In this document: positions 1 through 13,594 of the stretch, piece by piece
Layout: the number at the start of each line of letters is the position of its first letter
Position numbering within the stretch: the first letter of the stretch is position 1
Assembly (NCBI RefSeq): GCF_009914755.1
Contig: NC_060937.1
DNA length: 64,000 bases
From: the human T2T-CHM13v2.0 reference genome, Homo sapiens
Direction: 5' to 3' (one strand)
Position numbers and translations under genes: made by a program
The notes under the pieces: model-generated
What the model saw: only the letters and a program-made list of their open reading frames with translations
What the model was told of the DNA's origin: nothing
The model's database searches: none

Positions 1-231
1 CAAATTAGTTTTTGTATGTTAACTTTGTATCATGAAAGTTTACTGAATTTGTTTATTGATTCTAACAGTTTTTTGGTGGAATATTTAGGTTTTTTTTGTA
101 AATATAAGATGATGTCATTCGTAAACAAGGACAATTAGTTATCTTGCTTTCCAATTTGGATGCCCTTTATTTCTTGATCTTGTCGAATTTCTCCGGCTAG
201 TGATTCCAATACTATATTGAATAAAAATGTG
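1..231 (-). mobile_element. Old L1 (L1M) ORF2 fragment, RT region
   Basis: Reverse strand reads FTNDIIL (decayed LFADDMI) in typical antisense L1 ORF2 context (tttccaatttggatgccctttatttc...aatactatattgaata); runs off the window edge. Confidence 0.85.
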
Positions 232-2181
232 GTTCACACTATTTTTAAAGATAAAGCATCTTTAAAATTTGGATTATTAATTTATTATTTTAACTGCCAC
301 CTTCTTTCTTTAGAATCTAACTATTAGTAATCCAGTTTGAAAGTCTTGGACTTGTCAGATTTTACTTACCTTGCTGTGCCAGTTATCCAAAGTTTTAATA
401 TGAAATAAGATTATTCTGCAAAAAGCAATTTGAACACAAAAATTCTGTCATAATCACATAAGTATTAAACATAGATACTTTTAACCTTAAACTACTTTAT
501 TATGCGTACCATTTACCATTTCTCTATGAATTTGAAACATTGTTCTGTATGGTTACTATGTAAATAAAGTGTAAGTCTCTGTTGTATATTTTTCAATTAC
601 AACAAGAAATAACAAAGCATGTTTACAATAACTATGCCCTGTGGAAAAAAAGTTTATATTTTAGAAAACTCAGAAATATATACTATTTTAAAAGTTAGAG
701 ATTTATGATTTTCACAGCTAGCAAGATGGAATTTGGTATGTATGTACATATATATGTAAACAAACACATTATGCACATTTACATGTATTTTTCCCTGCAA
801 TTTCTTTTAAATAAAAAAATTTATTAAATATTGAACAAAAAAACAGTTCATCAGTATCCACATGAGATGAATTCCTGATAAACCTTTTAATATAAGTAAT
901 TAAAATGTTCAGTAATCAAAAACCAGTACATCTATGGCTAGTGCTATTTATTATACAATTTGTTCCCTAGAGTTACTTGAAAACATTTAGAAAAATATCT
1001 AACTTCTAAAGAATGAGGTGTTGCTAAGAATTTTCCTAGTTAAGAGCTCCAGAGGTTGTTTGACTCAGCATCCTTCACTGGTTGAATTCCTAGAATTTTC
1101 CCCTACAATTTCTTCAATGCCTCACAGATCTCCTGTACATATCCTCAAACGATCAATGGGCAGTTAAGATTCTTTATTTTATTTCCTCTCTGCTTTCCGT
1201 TTCAAATTTCAAAGAACAAGTTAAAATGTGAGTGGCATTATTTGTAGTGTCATTAGAGGTATACAAAAATGTGATATACATTCTCTATTAGCAAATTAGC
1301 TGCAAGTTGCAAATTAGCAACTGCCTTTTGTTCCGGATTACTTAAGCCTTAATATAAGAGGAAATGATTAAATAATGTTATACTACTTCCTGTATTCTGA
1401 CAGCGTTCCAAGGACAAGTCATCTATATATTCTAATTTGAAGAACTTCTAAATTCAGCTAGGTAATCTGACACTTGAAATACGTCTTCAATTGAGGTTTG
1501 AGTTCTTATGACATCTGGTACCAGACAAACTGGATCCAGATCAGTTTTATTACCATTTTTGTTCTAATGAAATTAAATTGATTATGTAATGTTCTCAAAA
1601 CCAGACCTTGCTATTCAGTGGAAAACATCAATTATTTGCTCTGTTTTTGAAGTTACAAATTAGTACAGCACTCCATTAGTGAGATGAACTGCAGGTTACT
1701 AATTGGTATAGCACCCCATTAGTGAGTTTTATTTATGTTGTAATTTGGCAAAATTTAATTGTTGGGAGAATGTGTTAAATCTTTGGCCCAGAGCATTCTG
1801 TAGTCTTCTTTTTCCTTTAATCTTTACCCCAACTCAAGATCAATCCATTATGCTTATATCCACTTTTTTCCATCTTAACCGAGATAACTTACTTTAGTCT
1901 GAATTGAGGAAAGTCACCTGCCCCACTTAATATCATATCCTACTCTTCTTCTTTGTGGTACCAAAGTATTCTGATCCTTTTATTATAATTCATTTCCATG
2001 GCATGCAAACTGATTAATTTATGAAAAGGGAATCTGCATTCTTATTGCTGAAACCTGTTCTTTAATAAATCTGAAACACTTGTGCAATAATGGAGCAGTA
2101 CTAAATTGGCCTACAGAACTTTTATTATTTAATTACTCTTCGACTCTACTCTGAACAGCTTTAGAACATGTTTGCTCATAT

Positions 2182-3149
2182 CGATAGTGACAGGAGACAG
2201 CCAAATGCCTAGGCAGATAGGGGCAGGTACTTGGTGAAACCCTGCCTCCAAGCTGAAGATAGTTTAAAGCCTGAGAGCCAAGCTACAAGTGAAATCGTCA
2301 GACTGAATTGAGAACTTGTCTTCCCATTTGACACACTTTCCTGTGATTGACCCCACAGGATAATCACATATTTCACATATTTCACCGTCACCTATTTCAC
2401 ATATACCTACTCTTTCCTAATTGGTTTTCTACACTATTGTTCCCACATTTGAGTGGTGTCTTCACTTTAACCTATTTTATCTCCTCACAAACTAATCAGC
2501 ACGCACTTCCCATCCTGTGCCTGTAAAGACCCCAGACTCAGTTGGTAGAGGTGGAGATAGCTGGACTTTGGGGAAGAGATGGCCAGAATTTGGGGAAGAG
2601 AAGGCCAAACTTCAGAAGATACAACCTGACCTGACTTTGGGGAAGATTACCTGCCCTTCCCATTTCTTCTCAAGATCCCCTCTTCGCTGACAGCTGTTTT
2701 CACTGCTTAATAAAATTCTCTCCCTTCACCATCCTTCCATTGTCTGTGCAACCTCATTCTCCTTGAACACCTGAAAAGATCTCGAGACTCACCAAGTGCA
2801 GGTACCCAGAAAGGCTGTCCCACCGGCCCTTTGTCCTCACCAGCAAAGAGTGTCTGCCCCACATGATGAGGCAAGGGGCCAACTGAGCTGCTAACACACT
2901 GCCATTCACAGATGACAGAACTAAGAGAGGACTGTAACATCCCCTTTGGGGCTTTGGGGTTATGGGCACCCCAACCTGGACACTACTGCGGGCCCCACAT
3001 GGAGCTTGAACCTGCCAGTGCATGGAGCGGCTGGCTGGATCCTACAGCTGCTGGCTCACATGCTCCCTCCAAGGGGTTGGACATGGCAGGCCAAGCAAAC
3101 AGGGTGCCCTGATGCAAGTCCAGCAAAGGAACCGAGATATCCTGCATCA
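2182..3149 (+). mobile_element. ERV1 solo LTR, LTR27-like
   Basis: (C/T)GATAGTGACAGGAG...CCTGCATCA termini, perfect 4-bp TSD ATAT (2178-2181/3150-3153), AATAAA at about 2708, internal gactttggggaaga repeats at 2564-2650. Confidence 0.85.
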
Positions 3150-3315
3150 ATATCATGTCAGTAGTTTTTGTGAATTCTAATTTGAGGTTAGAGTATTTTT
3201 CAGAACTCACTATTGGACAGCTACTAACCATTAATATCTATCAGCCTCTGTTACAGCCTCTTTGTCTGAATACATTTAGTACAACATCTAGACCAAAAAA
3301 CTATATGGATAAAAA

Positions 3316-3642
<327 letters not shown>

Positions 3643-4214
3643 TTAGGAGTGCTACTCATTCTGCTAGATTTCCTAGGTCTTCTCTAATATTTCCCATAAG
3701 GTTGTTGCACCAGGGCATTCATGAGTTTTTGTAACCCTGTGTTATTTTTACATTTTTCTAGGGGTTACTCACTTAAAAACATTGTGTCTTCAAGAGGAGT
3801 ATTTTAGTAGTTTTCCATTAGGTAATAATCCTTGGCAAAAATATTGTGGACATCACTAACACCAAGAAGATTTAAAATTCTCTGTAATTGCTATGGTAAA
3901 ATTAATTAATTATACCTAAAAATTTTCAGTTCTAGGATTTACCTGTATGAAGACATTATGTGCCCAGAGTATTTTGTGTAGCTCTGAAATCAAACAGTAA
4001 TGTCAGACCTACTTGATCCAAGACTATTTCACCATATTCTTTGCCCATGTTGTTCCTGAGTCCTTACTGGGACATTTATGTATTTTAAATAAAGAAACAG
4101 ATCTTGATTACTTATATCTATAAATAGATTTGTGTAATAAATGGTAAAATGTAGCAAAAGCCCTCAAATAACTTGGGGTATACTTTCCAAAGGGAAGAGC
4201 TGAAAAAAAAAATC

Positions 4215-5150
4215 TAATAAAAGCAAGAGAATACACCTGAAAGTCCTAAACTCTCCTTACTCCCAGAAACACTCTGATTATGCAGAAATTCACTGACAAA
4301 TTTCTTTTGTGATAAATCTAAAAACTAATTGAAAGACTTCTGCACCTCAGGCAAACACAAAACCACACTTACAGAAGCTGGTACGGAGATTCAGGATACC
4401 CACTTCCTAGAAACTTTACTTCCTCTCTGACATAGTGCCATAAAATGTGGACTAGACACAGCCTTAGCTCCCGGATTCTCCCAGGGGAGGGGAGGAGTTA
4501 ATACATGTGTCAAAGGACAGGGATCTGACTTGCTAGTCTTGGGACTCTGATAAGTCTGGCACAGTCTAGCCATCTGTAGAGAACTGAGATGGCACTTTGG
4601 ACTGCTAGATGCTGTAGATCCTATGTTCAGCTCAGCATACAGCAGAGGACAAAAAAACACAGCTGCCTGCTTCTCTGTGTAGAAGCAAAGAGCTGGTAAA
4701 CCCCCCCAGAATCTTGTGTGAGGCTGATTGGTGGGGGTCTTCTATACAAGACCAGTCTGTGAAGACTGAGAAAGGTGCTTGCTTTGTCTAATGCACAGAT
4801 ACCAACACAAAGAATTAAGGAAAATAAATATCAGGCAACAATGTTCTAAACCTGAGAACACAATAATCTACAGAAACTAACCCTAATGAAAGGAAGGTAG
4901 CTAATTAACTTGGCGGGGAATTCAAAACAAACATGCTCACTAAGATCAAAAGAACAATGAATGAACAAAGTGAGGATTTCAACAGAAAATACTTAAATGT
5001 ACCAAACAGAAATCTTGGAGCTGACAAACACAAAATTCTCTAGAGAGGTTCAATAACAGACTAGATGAAGCCAAAGAAAAGATCAGTGCACTCAAAGACA
5101 AGTCATTGGAAATCATTCAGTCAGAGGAGCAAAAAGAATGAAGAAAGTGT
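4215..5150 (+). mobile_element. Old L1 (L1MA/MB-type) 5' region and ORF1 start
   Basis: A-rich L1 ORF1-like sequence (gaaatcttggagctga...caataacagactagatgaagccaaagaaaagatcagtgcactcaaagaca). Confidence 0.75.
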
Positions 5151-5413
5151 CCATCCATATTTTTACTAACATTCTGTTCAGAATCACTAAGTATTTTCTA
5201 AGAAATACCCAAGCTGAGGCTTCCTCTATATCACTGTTTTTTTCTTTTTGGGATCTCAACAGAATCACCTCTAACAGTCTATTCATGGCAATGTAGGCTT
5301 TTTCTAATATGCATCTCAAAACCCTTCCAGCTTCTACCCATTATTCCATTCCAAAGCTTCTTCCACATTTTAGCTATTAGTCACATCTTCATTCCCTCTA
5401 GATAGCAACTTTC
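5151..5413 (-). mobile_element. MaLR (MLT1) internal sequence, 5' part
   Basis: Abuts the MLT1 LTR; MaLR-int-like sequence (ttccaaagcttcttccacattttagc). Confidence 0.7.
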
Positions 5414-5771
5414 TGTCTTAGTTTCAGGCAGCTTAAACAAAATGCCATAAACTAGGTTGTTTATAAACAGCAGAAATGTATTTCTCCAGTTCTGGAGGCT
5501 GGTGAGTTGAAATCAAGCTGCTAGCAGATTCAGTGTCTGATGAGGGCCTACTTTCTCATAGACATTGATTTCTTGCTGTGTCCTCACATGGTGGAGGGTG
5601 CTAACTAAGCTCTCTGGGATCTCTTCTATAAGTCCATTAGTCCTAATCATGAAGTCTCCACCCTTATGGCTTAAGCACCTCCCAAATGCCCCATCTCTTA
5701 ATACTATTACCTTGGGGGTTAGAATTTTAATATATGAATTTTGGAGAGACACAACCATTCAGACTATAGCA
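5414..5771 (-). mobile_element. MaLR LTR (MLT1A-like), 5' LTR
   Basis: Reverse strand starts TGCTATAGTCTGAATGG and ends CTAAGACA, the MLT1A-type termini. Confidence 0.85.
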
Positions 5772-6174
5772 ATACTAAACATTACTGGTTCCCTGGTAAA
5801 CTAGGCAGGGCAATCCAAAATCAGGTATAACTATCCACATTTATTTTCCATGTATCCCATCAAATATCTATTTTCATTTTGTCTTAGTTATTAAAAACCT
5901 CCATGGAGATGGGGTGTGTAACAGACATCGATCTATAGGATAGAGACATTACACCATTAATTATCAAATATTTCCTATATTCATATAAGTTTATGACTTC
6001 CAATTGCGATCACATTTACCTCTATAAAAATGTTATGTGTTATTTGAATTTTATCTTGAGCATATTCTAAACTCAGGCTGTATCCCTTTCATAGAAAAGA
6101 TAAATTGAACTTCTGGCTTGGGCTTTCTTCTTTATTTATCTTTGTGCTACAAAAAATAAAGTTTCAAATTTTTA

Positions 6175-6614
<440 letters not shown>

Positions 6615-7469
6615 TCAAAATTGAGATTTCACTTAACATAACATCAGCCTGAAACTATTGGAAGCTGGCATACTTGTGAATCCGAAGGCGTGTAGTCAGA
6701 ATTCCTGAACCAAAATCTCCAGCCACATCATATATATAGACATTAATATCTAAGCTTTCTGGTAGGTATTTATGTCTTACCACTTGATAGCTCCCTGGAT
6801 CCTCCCTGCTCATGAATATTTGGGCATTTCAACTCAGTAATCACAGGGCTATTTCCCTCAAGGACTCAGATGATCTCACAGTCTGGGCTTTTAATATATC
6901 AATAGCCTCCATCTTATATCAGACTCTGATACTTGCCATTCTGGCGGCGTCTCAGTAATGTTCTGTATCTACGAATAAGTAGCACTTCCTGGAAATAGCC
7001 CCAGCTTTCCATAATATCATTTCTCAGGTGTAAAAAGCATAATTTCTCTGAGGGTTTGACCTACTATATGTTTAATCTTTGATCATTCAAAAGAAGTTTC
7101 TCACTCAAAAAGCAATTTTATAAATAAAATTTATAATAAAATCCTTTAGGAATTAAGCCAACATTTTAAAGAAAGCTGTGTCAAAGTGTGTGATTTGTCT
7201 TCCATATCTCATTTCATACTCTCTGTCCAAATGATTCTTGGGGAGCATTATATGACAGCAACTAAAAGTTTTCATTCTAACATTCATTCTTTCTTTTCTG
7301 CTTTAAAACAAGAATATACATGTATTTCAGTTTGCCTCAGTAGAGCTAGGTTAAATATCTTCTTCCAGAATAATTCTTAATAGCACTCCATTTCACTATC
7401 AGAAATAGTGTCTGTACAATAAATTCTGTGCTCATTCTACTTATAAAGAACCATAATTCAATGGAATCA

Positions 7470-7895
7470 AAACTAAATTTCTCAGCCTCTCTTTCAGATA
7501 ATTATGTACATATCACAAGTTCTAGTCAATAATATGCAAGCAGGGGTATTGTGTGTGACTTCCAGGAAATGTCCTTAGAAACATAAAGATACTCACTTGG
7601 CATTTTGTTTCTCCTGCTGTCAATGTAGAATGTAGATATTATTATGAGAGCTTCAGCTGCCATTTTGGATCATGAGGAAAACTGAAGATGACAAAACATG
7701 ATAAAACCTTGTGTTTTAGTTTAGGTGAACTCTAGTGTCTATAAAAAGAAGAATCTTAAAACACAGTAGCTTAAAGACACTAAATTTATTTCCCTTTCAC
7801 TTAAAAATCCTCACATGAGTGGTCAAGGGCAGTGAAACAGTTTTGCTCTATGTGGGTGTATTGAGACCAAAATTCCTGCCATCATTTCTTCTACT
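7470..7895. mobile_element. Very old MLT1-type LTR fragments
   Basis: Degenerate MLT1 motifs (tgtgtgacttccaggaa, cagctgccattttggatcatgagg, acagtagcttaaa...aaatttattt). Confidence 0.5.
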
Positions 7896-7900
7896 ACCCT

Positions 7901-8013
7901 CTAGCTACTCAAAGTACGGTCTACAGGTCAGCCCCATTGATATCACTTGGGAGCTTGGTAGAAATTTAGTGTAGAATATAAGGCCCCACTCCAGATCTAC
8001 AGAATAAGAATCT
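7901..8013. mobile_element. MER5A (hAT-Charlie) fragment
   Basis: ctactcaaagt..ggtc...atcacttgggagcttggtagaaat...ggccccactccagatctacagaataagaatct. Confidence 0.75.
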
Positions 8014-8023
8014 CATTCACCAG

Positions 8024-9242
8024 TGATGTGAGTCTCTCACTTATGACCTCCCTCTTCTTAGTGAACTTCCTGGTATTGCTTTGTTACTGTTACACAGACC
8101 AGAGTCCAAAAGTAGCATTATATAGTGGGGTGCTATTAAGAATCACCAGAGGATTTCTATGGCTATTAAATGTAAAAATCATTGCTGTACAGTGCTGTTA
8201 TCATCTGAATGGACGAAAGTACAGAAAATAAATTCAAAAAAGGTGATTATTTAAAAATAGAAGAATGGAAGGTTTTTTTTCCCCTCCAAAAGCTGATAAC
8301 TTACTAATCTTGTAAGATAACTCTATCTTGGAGAAAATGTGAAGATTGGCTACTAATGAATGGTCTAAATTTGTTTACCATCCTTGTAAATTGATACGAT
8401 AATAGAAGCTGTCAGCCTACCTGCAAAATTGTCACTAAAAATGGATTATGTAGGTAATATCAGGATGTGGGGCTTATCCATAAAGTTGGTTTCTAAAAAA
8501 GTATAAAAGTTGTCTTGGGAAAAAAAAATTAAAAGAACTTTGTAGAAAAGTTTTTATAAAAGTGCAAAAGAAATCAATGTGAAAAATAGAAGTTTGGTGT
8601 GGTAAAATGAGGAATAAAATCAAGTCTTCTGTTGTCTCTCAGAAAGGCTACTAGCATTGAATATGCTTTCCACGTTTAATGATCCAAGGAAGTTAAAACA
8701 TCATAGACAGCGTGGAATATATGCCACTGTTATGAATAACCCAGAGAAAATTGACCTATTTTTCTACTTGACTTCAGGTCCTACCCCATGCATTGTAACA
8801 TTTCCAAAAACCTAGCTCCCAAAAAATTTTAAAATGTGTAGATATTTCGTTAAAAGTGTATCTTGAGAACACTGAGGAGAGGGGCACAGTTCATTCAATG
8901 AAAGTTTCCATACGTGTTTTCTCACCTGACAGCTGCCCCCAAAGCTTTACTCTTTCTGAAATTTCTCTAAAAATTTTTCCAACCCCGATTCTATTTATAG
9001 TACCTGCTATCTTTGTCTTTCCCTTTATTTTGCAATACAATTTAGTCCTCTCGAAGGCTTTCTCTATTTTACATTTTATCTGATACCTTGGCAGTTCCAA
9101 GGAAAGACGGGATGAGGAGTAAGAAAAGCAGGAGGTTAGTGTTTAGAAAGTGCTGTTAATAATTCTACTTTGGGACTCTGCCCTGTGTAACACCAGGAAG
9201 TTCACGAAGAAGAGTAAGGTCATAAGTGAAAGACTCACCTCA
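8024..9242. repeat. Long inverted repeat (arms 8024-8121 and 9159-9242) around a 1037-bp spacer
   Basis: Hand alignment: 75/84 identical plus a 14-bp insertion in the left arm. Confidence 0.9.
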
Positions 9243-9364
9243 TTATTTGCTTCCATTCAAAGTTTAAATCAATGGCTATCCAGTTCACATGCTAATTGCA
9301 ATCACAATGTTCCCACGGAATGCATCATGATAATTTTAAATCAAATTTACATAAAATATGAGGC

Positions 9365-9617
9365 CACTTAGCATAATGGTTTCAAGTGTAAGATGTGAGC
9401 TCAAATGATTTTGTTTGTAAATTTTGCCATTTCCATATATGAGTTCATTATAATAAACTTGAGCAGATCTCTGAACATTTCAGGGCCAGCTTTATCTGTA
9501 AGTGGGATAAAATAATAGTGCATATTTAATGAAGTGTAACTAATTAACTATAATTAATTTCCAGCATGTAAAAGACTTTCTGGAACAGTTAATGCACTTA
9601 CTAAATGCTAACTATTG
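9365..9617 (+). mobile_element. MIR
   Basis: Degenerate MIR core (cttgagcagatctctgaac...tttatctgtaagtgggataaaataatag). Confidence 0.65.
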
Positions 9618-9651
9618 GGACATAGCTATCTTCTTAGCAGACTCTACAGAA

Positions 9652-10222
9652 CAGAGACTGGCAAACCATTAGTCCACAGTTCAAATTCAACCTCTGGGCC
9701 TGTTTTTGTACTATTGGGGATCTAAGAAAGGTTAAAGGATTTGTAAAACAAACAAAAACCAAAAAACTATATATCAAAGATGTATGTGGTCTACAAAACC
9801 TGAAATATTTTATCTGACCATGCTATAGACAACATTATGTTTATTGGCAATTTATATTTCAAAGCCCTAACCACCAATGTGATTTGGCGATGGGGCCTTT
9901 GGGAGGTAATTAAGGTTGGATGAAGTCCTGAGGGTGGGGCCCTCATAAGGAGATTAGTGCCCTTATTCAAAGAGACACCAGAGAACTTGTTCTATTTCTC
10001 TTTCCCTGCCATGTTAGGACATAGCAAGAAGATGGCTATCTACAAGAAAGGAAGAGAGCCCTCACCAGAAATCAACCAGGCCAGCACCTTGATCTTGGAC
10101 TTCTGGCCTTCATAATTATGAGAAAAAAGTTTCCACTGTTTAACCCACTCAGTCTGGTATTTTGTTATGGCAGCCTGAGGAGATTAAGACAGGCCCTTTA
10201 AGGACAAAGTTTGTGACCCCTG
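9652..10222. mobile_element. MER58 (hAT-Charlie) split by an MLT1A insertion
   Basis: cagagactggcaaac... at left; resumes ggccctttaaggacaaagtttgtgacccctg at 10192-10222. Confidence 0.8.
9821..10191 (+). mobile_element. MaLR solo LTR (MLT1A0-like) nested in MER58
   Basis: TGCTATAG...TTAAGACA termini; degenerate 5-bp TSD gacca/ggccc. Confidence 0.88.
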
Positions 10223-10282
10223 CTCATGAGAGATAATTATAACATATAATATATTAGAAGGGGAAAAAAAGGAATGTTCAGC

Positions 10283-10326
10283 AAAAAAAGAGAAGGAAAG
10301 AAAGAGAAAGAAAGAAAGAAAGAAAG
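10283..10326 (+). repeat. (GAAA)n polypurine tract
   Basis: Seen directly. Confidence 0.85.
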
Positions 10327-10581
10327 CAAACTTCACCATAATAGATGCAGCACTTAGTAAATGAAATGAGACATGCATAAGGATGACAGATTTGTCTCTA
10401 AACTATAGCAAGAGACTTTATTAAAATTATATTCAAATCATATTGGCATACCTTTTTAAAAGAAATTTTCTCAGAGGTTGCATAAAGCACAGAGATAATA
10501 ATTTAATTATTTTTGCAATAACCTACCAAAGTTTACTATTGCTGGATAATATCTCAGTGTAGTTAATTTTGGGTTCACTAC

Positions 10582-10945
10582 TGTATTAGTCTACTTTCAC
10601 GCTGTTGATAAAGACATACCTGAGATCGGGAAGAAAAATAAGCTTAATGGACTTACAATTCCATGTAGCTGGGGAGGCCTCACAATCAAGGCAAAAGGCC
10701 AAAGCCACTTCTTACAAGGCAGTGGCAAGAGAGAATGAGACCCAAGCAAAAGCAGAAACCCCTTATAAACCATCAGATCTCATGAGACTTATTTCACTAC
10801 CACGAGAACAGTATGCAGAACAGTATGAGGGAAGCCACCTCATGATTCAGTTATCTCCCACCAGGTCCCTCCCACAACATGTGTAAATTATGAGAGCACA
10901 ATTCAAGATGAGATTTCAGTGAGGACAGAGAGCCAAACCATATCA
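10582..10945 (-). mobile_element. THE1 (THE1C-like) 3' LTR
   Basis: Reverse strand TGATATGGTTTGGCT...ACTAATACA, the THE1 termini. Confidence 0.93.
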
Positions 10946-11581
10946 TTCTACAGTTGGCTCTTCTCAAATCTTATATCTTTACATTTCAAAAACAATCATG
11001 CCTTCCCAACAGTCCCATCTTAATTCATTTCAGCATTAATTCAAAAGTCCACAGTCCAAAGTCCCATCTGAGACAGGTAAGTCCCTTCCACCTATGAGCC
11101 TGTAAAACAAAAGCAGGTTAGTTACTTCCTAGATACAATGGGGATACAAGCATTGGGTAAATACAGCCATTCCTAATGCGAGAAATTGTCCAAAACAAAG
11201 GGGCTACAGGCCATATGCAAGTACAGAATCCAGTGGGGCAGTCGAATTTTAAAGCTCCAAAATTATCTCCATTGACTCCATGTCACACATCCAGGTCACG
11301 TTGATGCAAGAGGTGGTTTCCCATGGTCTTGGGCAGCTCTGCCTCTGTGGCTTTGCAGAGTCCAGCCTCCCTCCCCACTGCTTTCACGGGCTGGCATGGA
11401 GTGTCTGTGGCTTTTCCAGGCAATCAGTGCAAGCTATGGGTCAATCTGCCATTCTGGGGTCTGGAGGATGGTGGCCTTCTTCTCACAGCTCCACGAGGCA
11501 GCATCCCAGTAGGGACTCTGTGTGGGGTTGCCCACCCCACATTTCCCTTCCACACTGCCCTAGCAGAGGTTCTCCACGAGT
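10946..11581 (-). mobile_element. THE1 internal 3' part, truncated
   Basis: THE1-int sequence (caaaagtccacagtccaaagt...cacatccaggtcacg...ctagcagaggttctccacgag); ends abruptly at an L1. Confidence 0.9.
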
Positions 11582-12530
11582 GCTATAATTTTTGTCTTAT
11601 TGATTTTAAATGATTGAATCACTATGTGCTTCAATGTAGTTTGTTCATGTTTCTTGTGCTTAGGGATTGTTGAGTTCTTTGTATTAATATTTGCAGTTGT
11701 AGCTTTTATAAAATTTTGAAAATTTGGGGGCATAAATTCTTCAAATATTTTTTCTATCCCACCCTTCTTTCCTTCAGCAGCCTCAATTACATGTAAATAA
11801 AGCCACTTGAATTTATTCTCCAGCTCATTGGTTTTTCCACTTTTTTTTTTCTATCATTTTCTCTGTGTTTTATGTTGGGTAATTTCTATGGCTTCGAAGG
11901 CATTCAAGTTTATTAAGGTTTTCTCTTGTACTATCCAATGTATTTTTCATGACATTTATATGTATATTTTATTTTAGATAATGTACCTTTTATATCTAAA
12001 AGTTTAATACATACATATGCATGTGTATGTATATGTACATACACATAGCTTTGCTCTTTTGAATGCCTGATAATTTAGGATACTCAACCTTGTGATTTTA
12101 ACTTGTTGCTGTTAGATAGTTTCATATACCTATAAATATTCCTGAGAGTTGCTCTGGGGCATATCTAGGTAACTTGGTAACAGTGTGATTCTTTCAAGGC
12201 CTGCTTTCAAGCTTGGTTAGACAGTGTAAGAGCAGCCTTTAGCCCAAGTCTAATTTTTCTCAATTATTGAGTCAATGCTCTTCTTAGTATTCTAGCTAAT
12301 ATATTCTAAGGTTTTATTTTGTGTGTTTGTGTACTTTGGCTAGCGAGATAAAAAACTATTCATGGTCTTTTATTGATTCTGCATTTTTTTGGTTTTTGTT
12401 TGTTTTTTACCTCAAATTCTTTCAAGCCGTTTGTATGTGGATCTTGGATTGTTTTCTCATGTATATTCACTGATCAGTGCTCAGCTTAAGGCTCAAGGAG
12501 AATAACTTTAGATCACCAGTGCACATGCTC
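11582..12530 (-). mobile_element. Old L1 (L1M) 5'/ORF1 fragment
   Basis: T-rich antisense L1 ORF1 motifs (aaatttggggg..aattcttcaaatattttttct; ctcaattacatgta). Confidence 0.7.
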
Positions 12531-12728
12531 TGCAATATAATGATTGCAATATAATTTGCAAATATATTTGTTTTTTTTGTGTATGTATTGATCATGAAAC
12601 TGATAAATAACTTTTACTACTGTCATTATGTCAATATTATTCACTCTGATACCATGTATCATTATTGGTCCAAGCACAATTAATTGGAATTCTATATTAC
12701 AAAAACTGCCAGGTGTAAGAGAAACTTA

Positions 12729-12863
12729 CAATCACTTTTAAAATCCAAGTGCACATGAGCATTATCTTAGAAGTTTTATTTTAAATACAGATGTCTAGGT
12801 GTTGTGTTTTCCCTCCAAAGCTCTGCACGTAGTTCTAATGCACAGCCATGGTGAAAAGCAACT
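12729..12863. mobile_element. MER5-type DNA transposon fragment
   Basis: aaatacagatgtctagg...ttctaatgcacagccatggtgaaaagcaactg. Confidence 0.55.
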
Positions 12864-13594
12864 GGACTATATGATCCCTATTTCACTTTTCTCTATTTTG
12901 TTTCAAATCTTCTAGTTTATACTCAGCTGCTCCAGTATCGCTTAGTCCATATTTTCGAATTTATTTGTTTCTTTTGTTTGTCATGGTCCTTTCTCAAGTG
13001 TGTGCGTGTGTGTGTATAAAATAAGCATAAGAACAATAAGCTTTATTATTATAAATATATTTACTTATAATAAGCACATATATTTTTACTTATTTAAAAA
13101 GTGTATGATATGTTAATTCCACCTGATTGCTTGATTAGGTATGAATAAAATGCTAGACATATAATTTAGTTTCTCTTAAAGGTTTGATATTGTTCCATTT
13201 ACTTCTGACATCCAGTATTAGTATTATTATGCTTTGAAAACATATTGTTTTAGTGATTTTTAACAAAATTTTAAGTGAGTGTTGAAACTTTTATATCAAT
13301 TTTGAGACTGTAAAGAAATACTAAGTAGCTAATTAAGAAGTTTGTGCATTGTTTCCCTAAAATTTCTACAGATATTACTTTTCTTGGTGTTAGTTGAATG
13401 AAGGGAATAAATTTACCTTTTAATATTAACTTTAATGTTTTAGAAAAACCACATTCTTGAAGTAGAAAGTAAAAGCATCATTTTTATATCATACAAAGGA
13501 AATATAATATGCCTCTGTGAAAAAGTGTTTGTCTTTGCTTTTCTTCAGTCACTATTAATCTCAGTCTCTTAATTTAGATTAAAAACACACCTGA

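Noticed and set aside
1652-1726. Repeat-spacer-repeat resembling CRISPR
   Set aside because: Only two degenerate copies with an 11-bp spacer, in primate DNA with no cas genes
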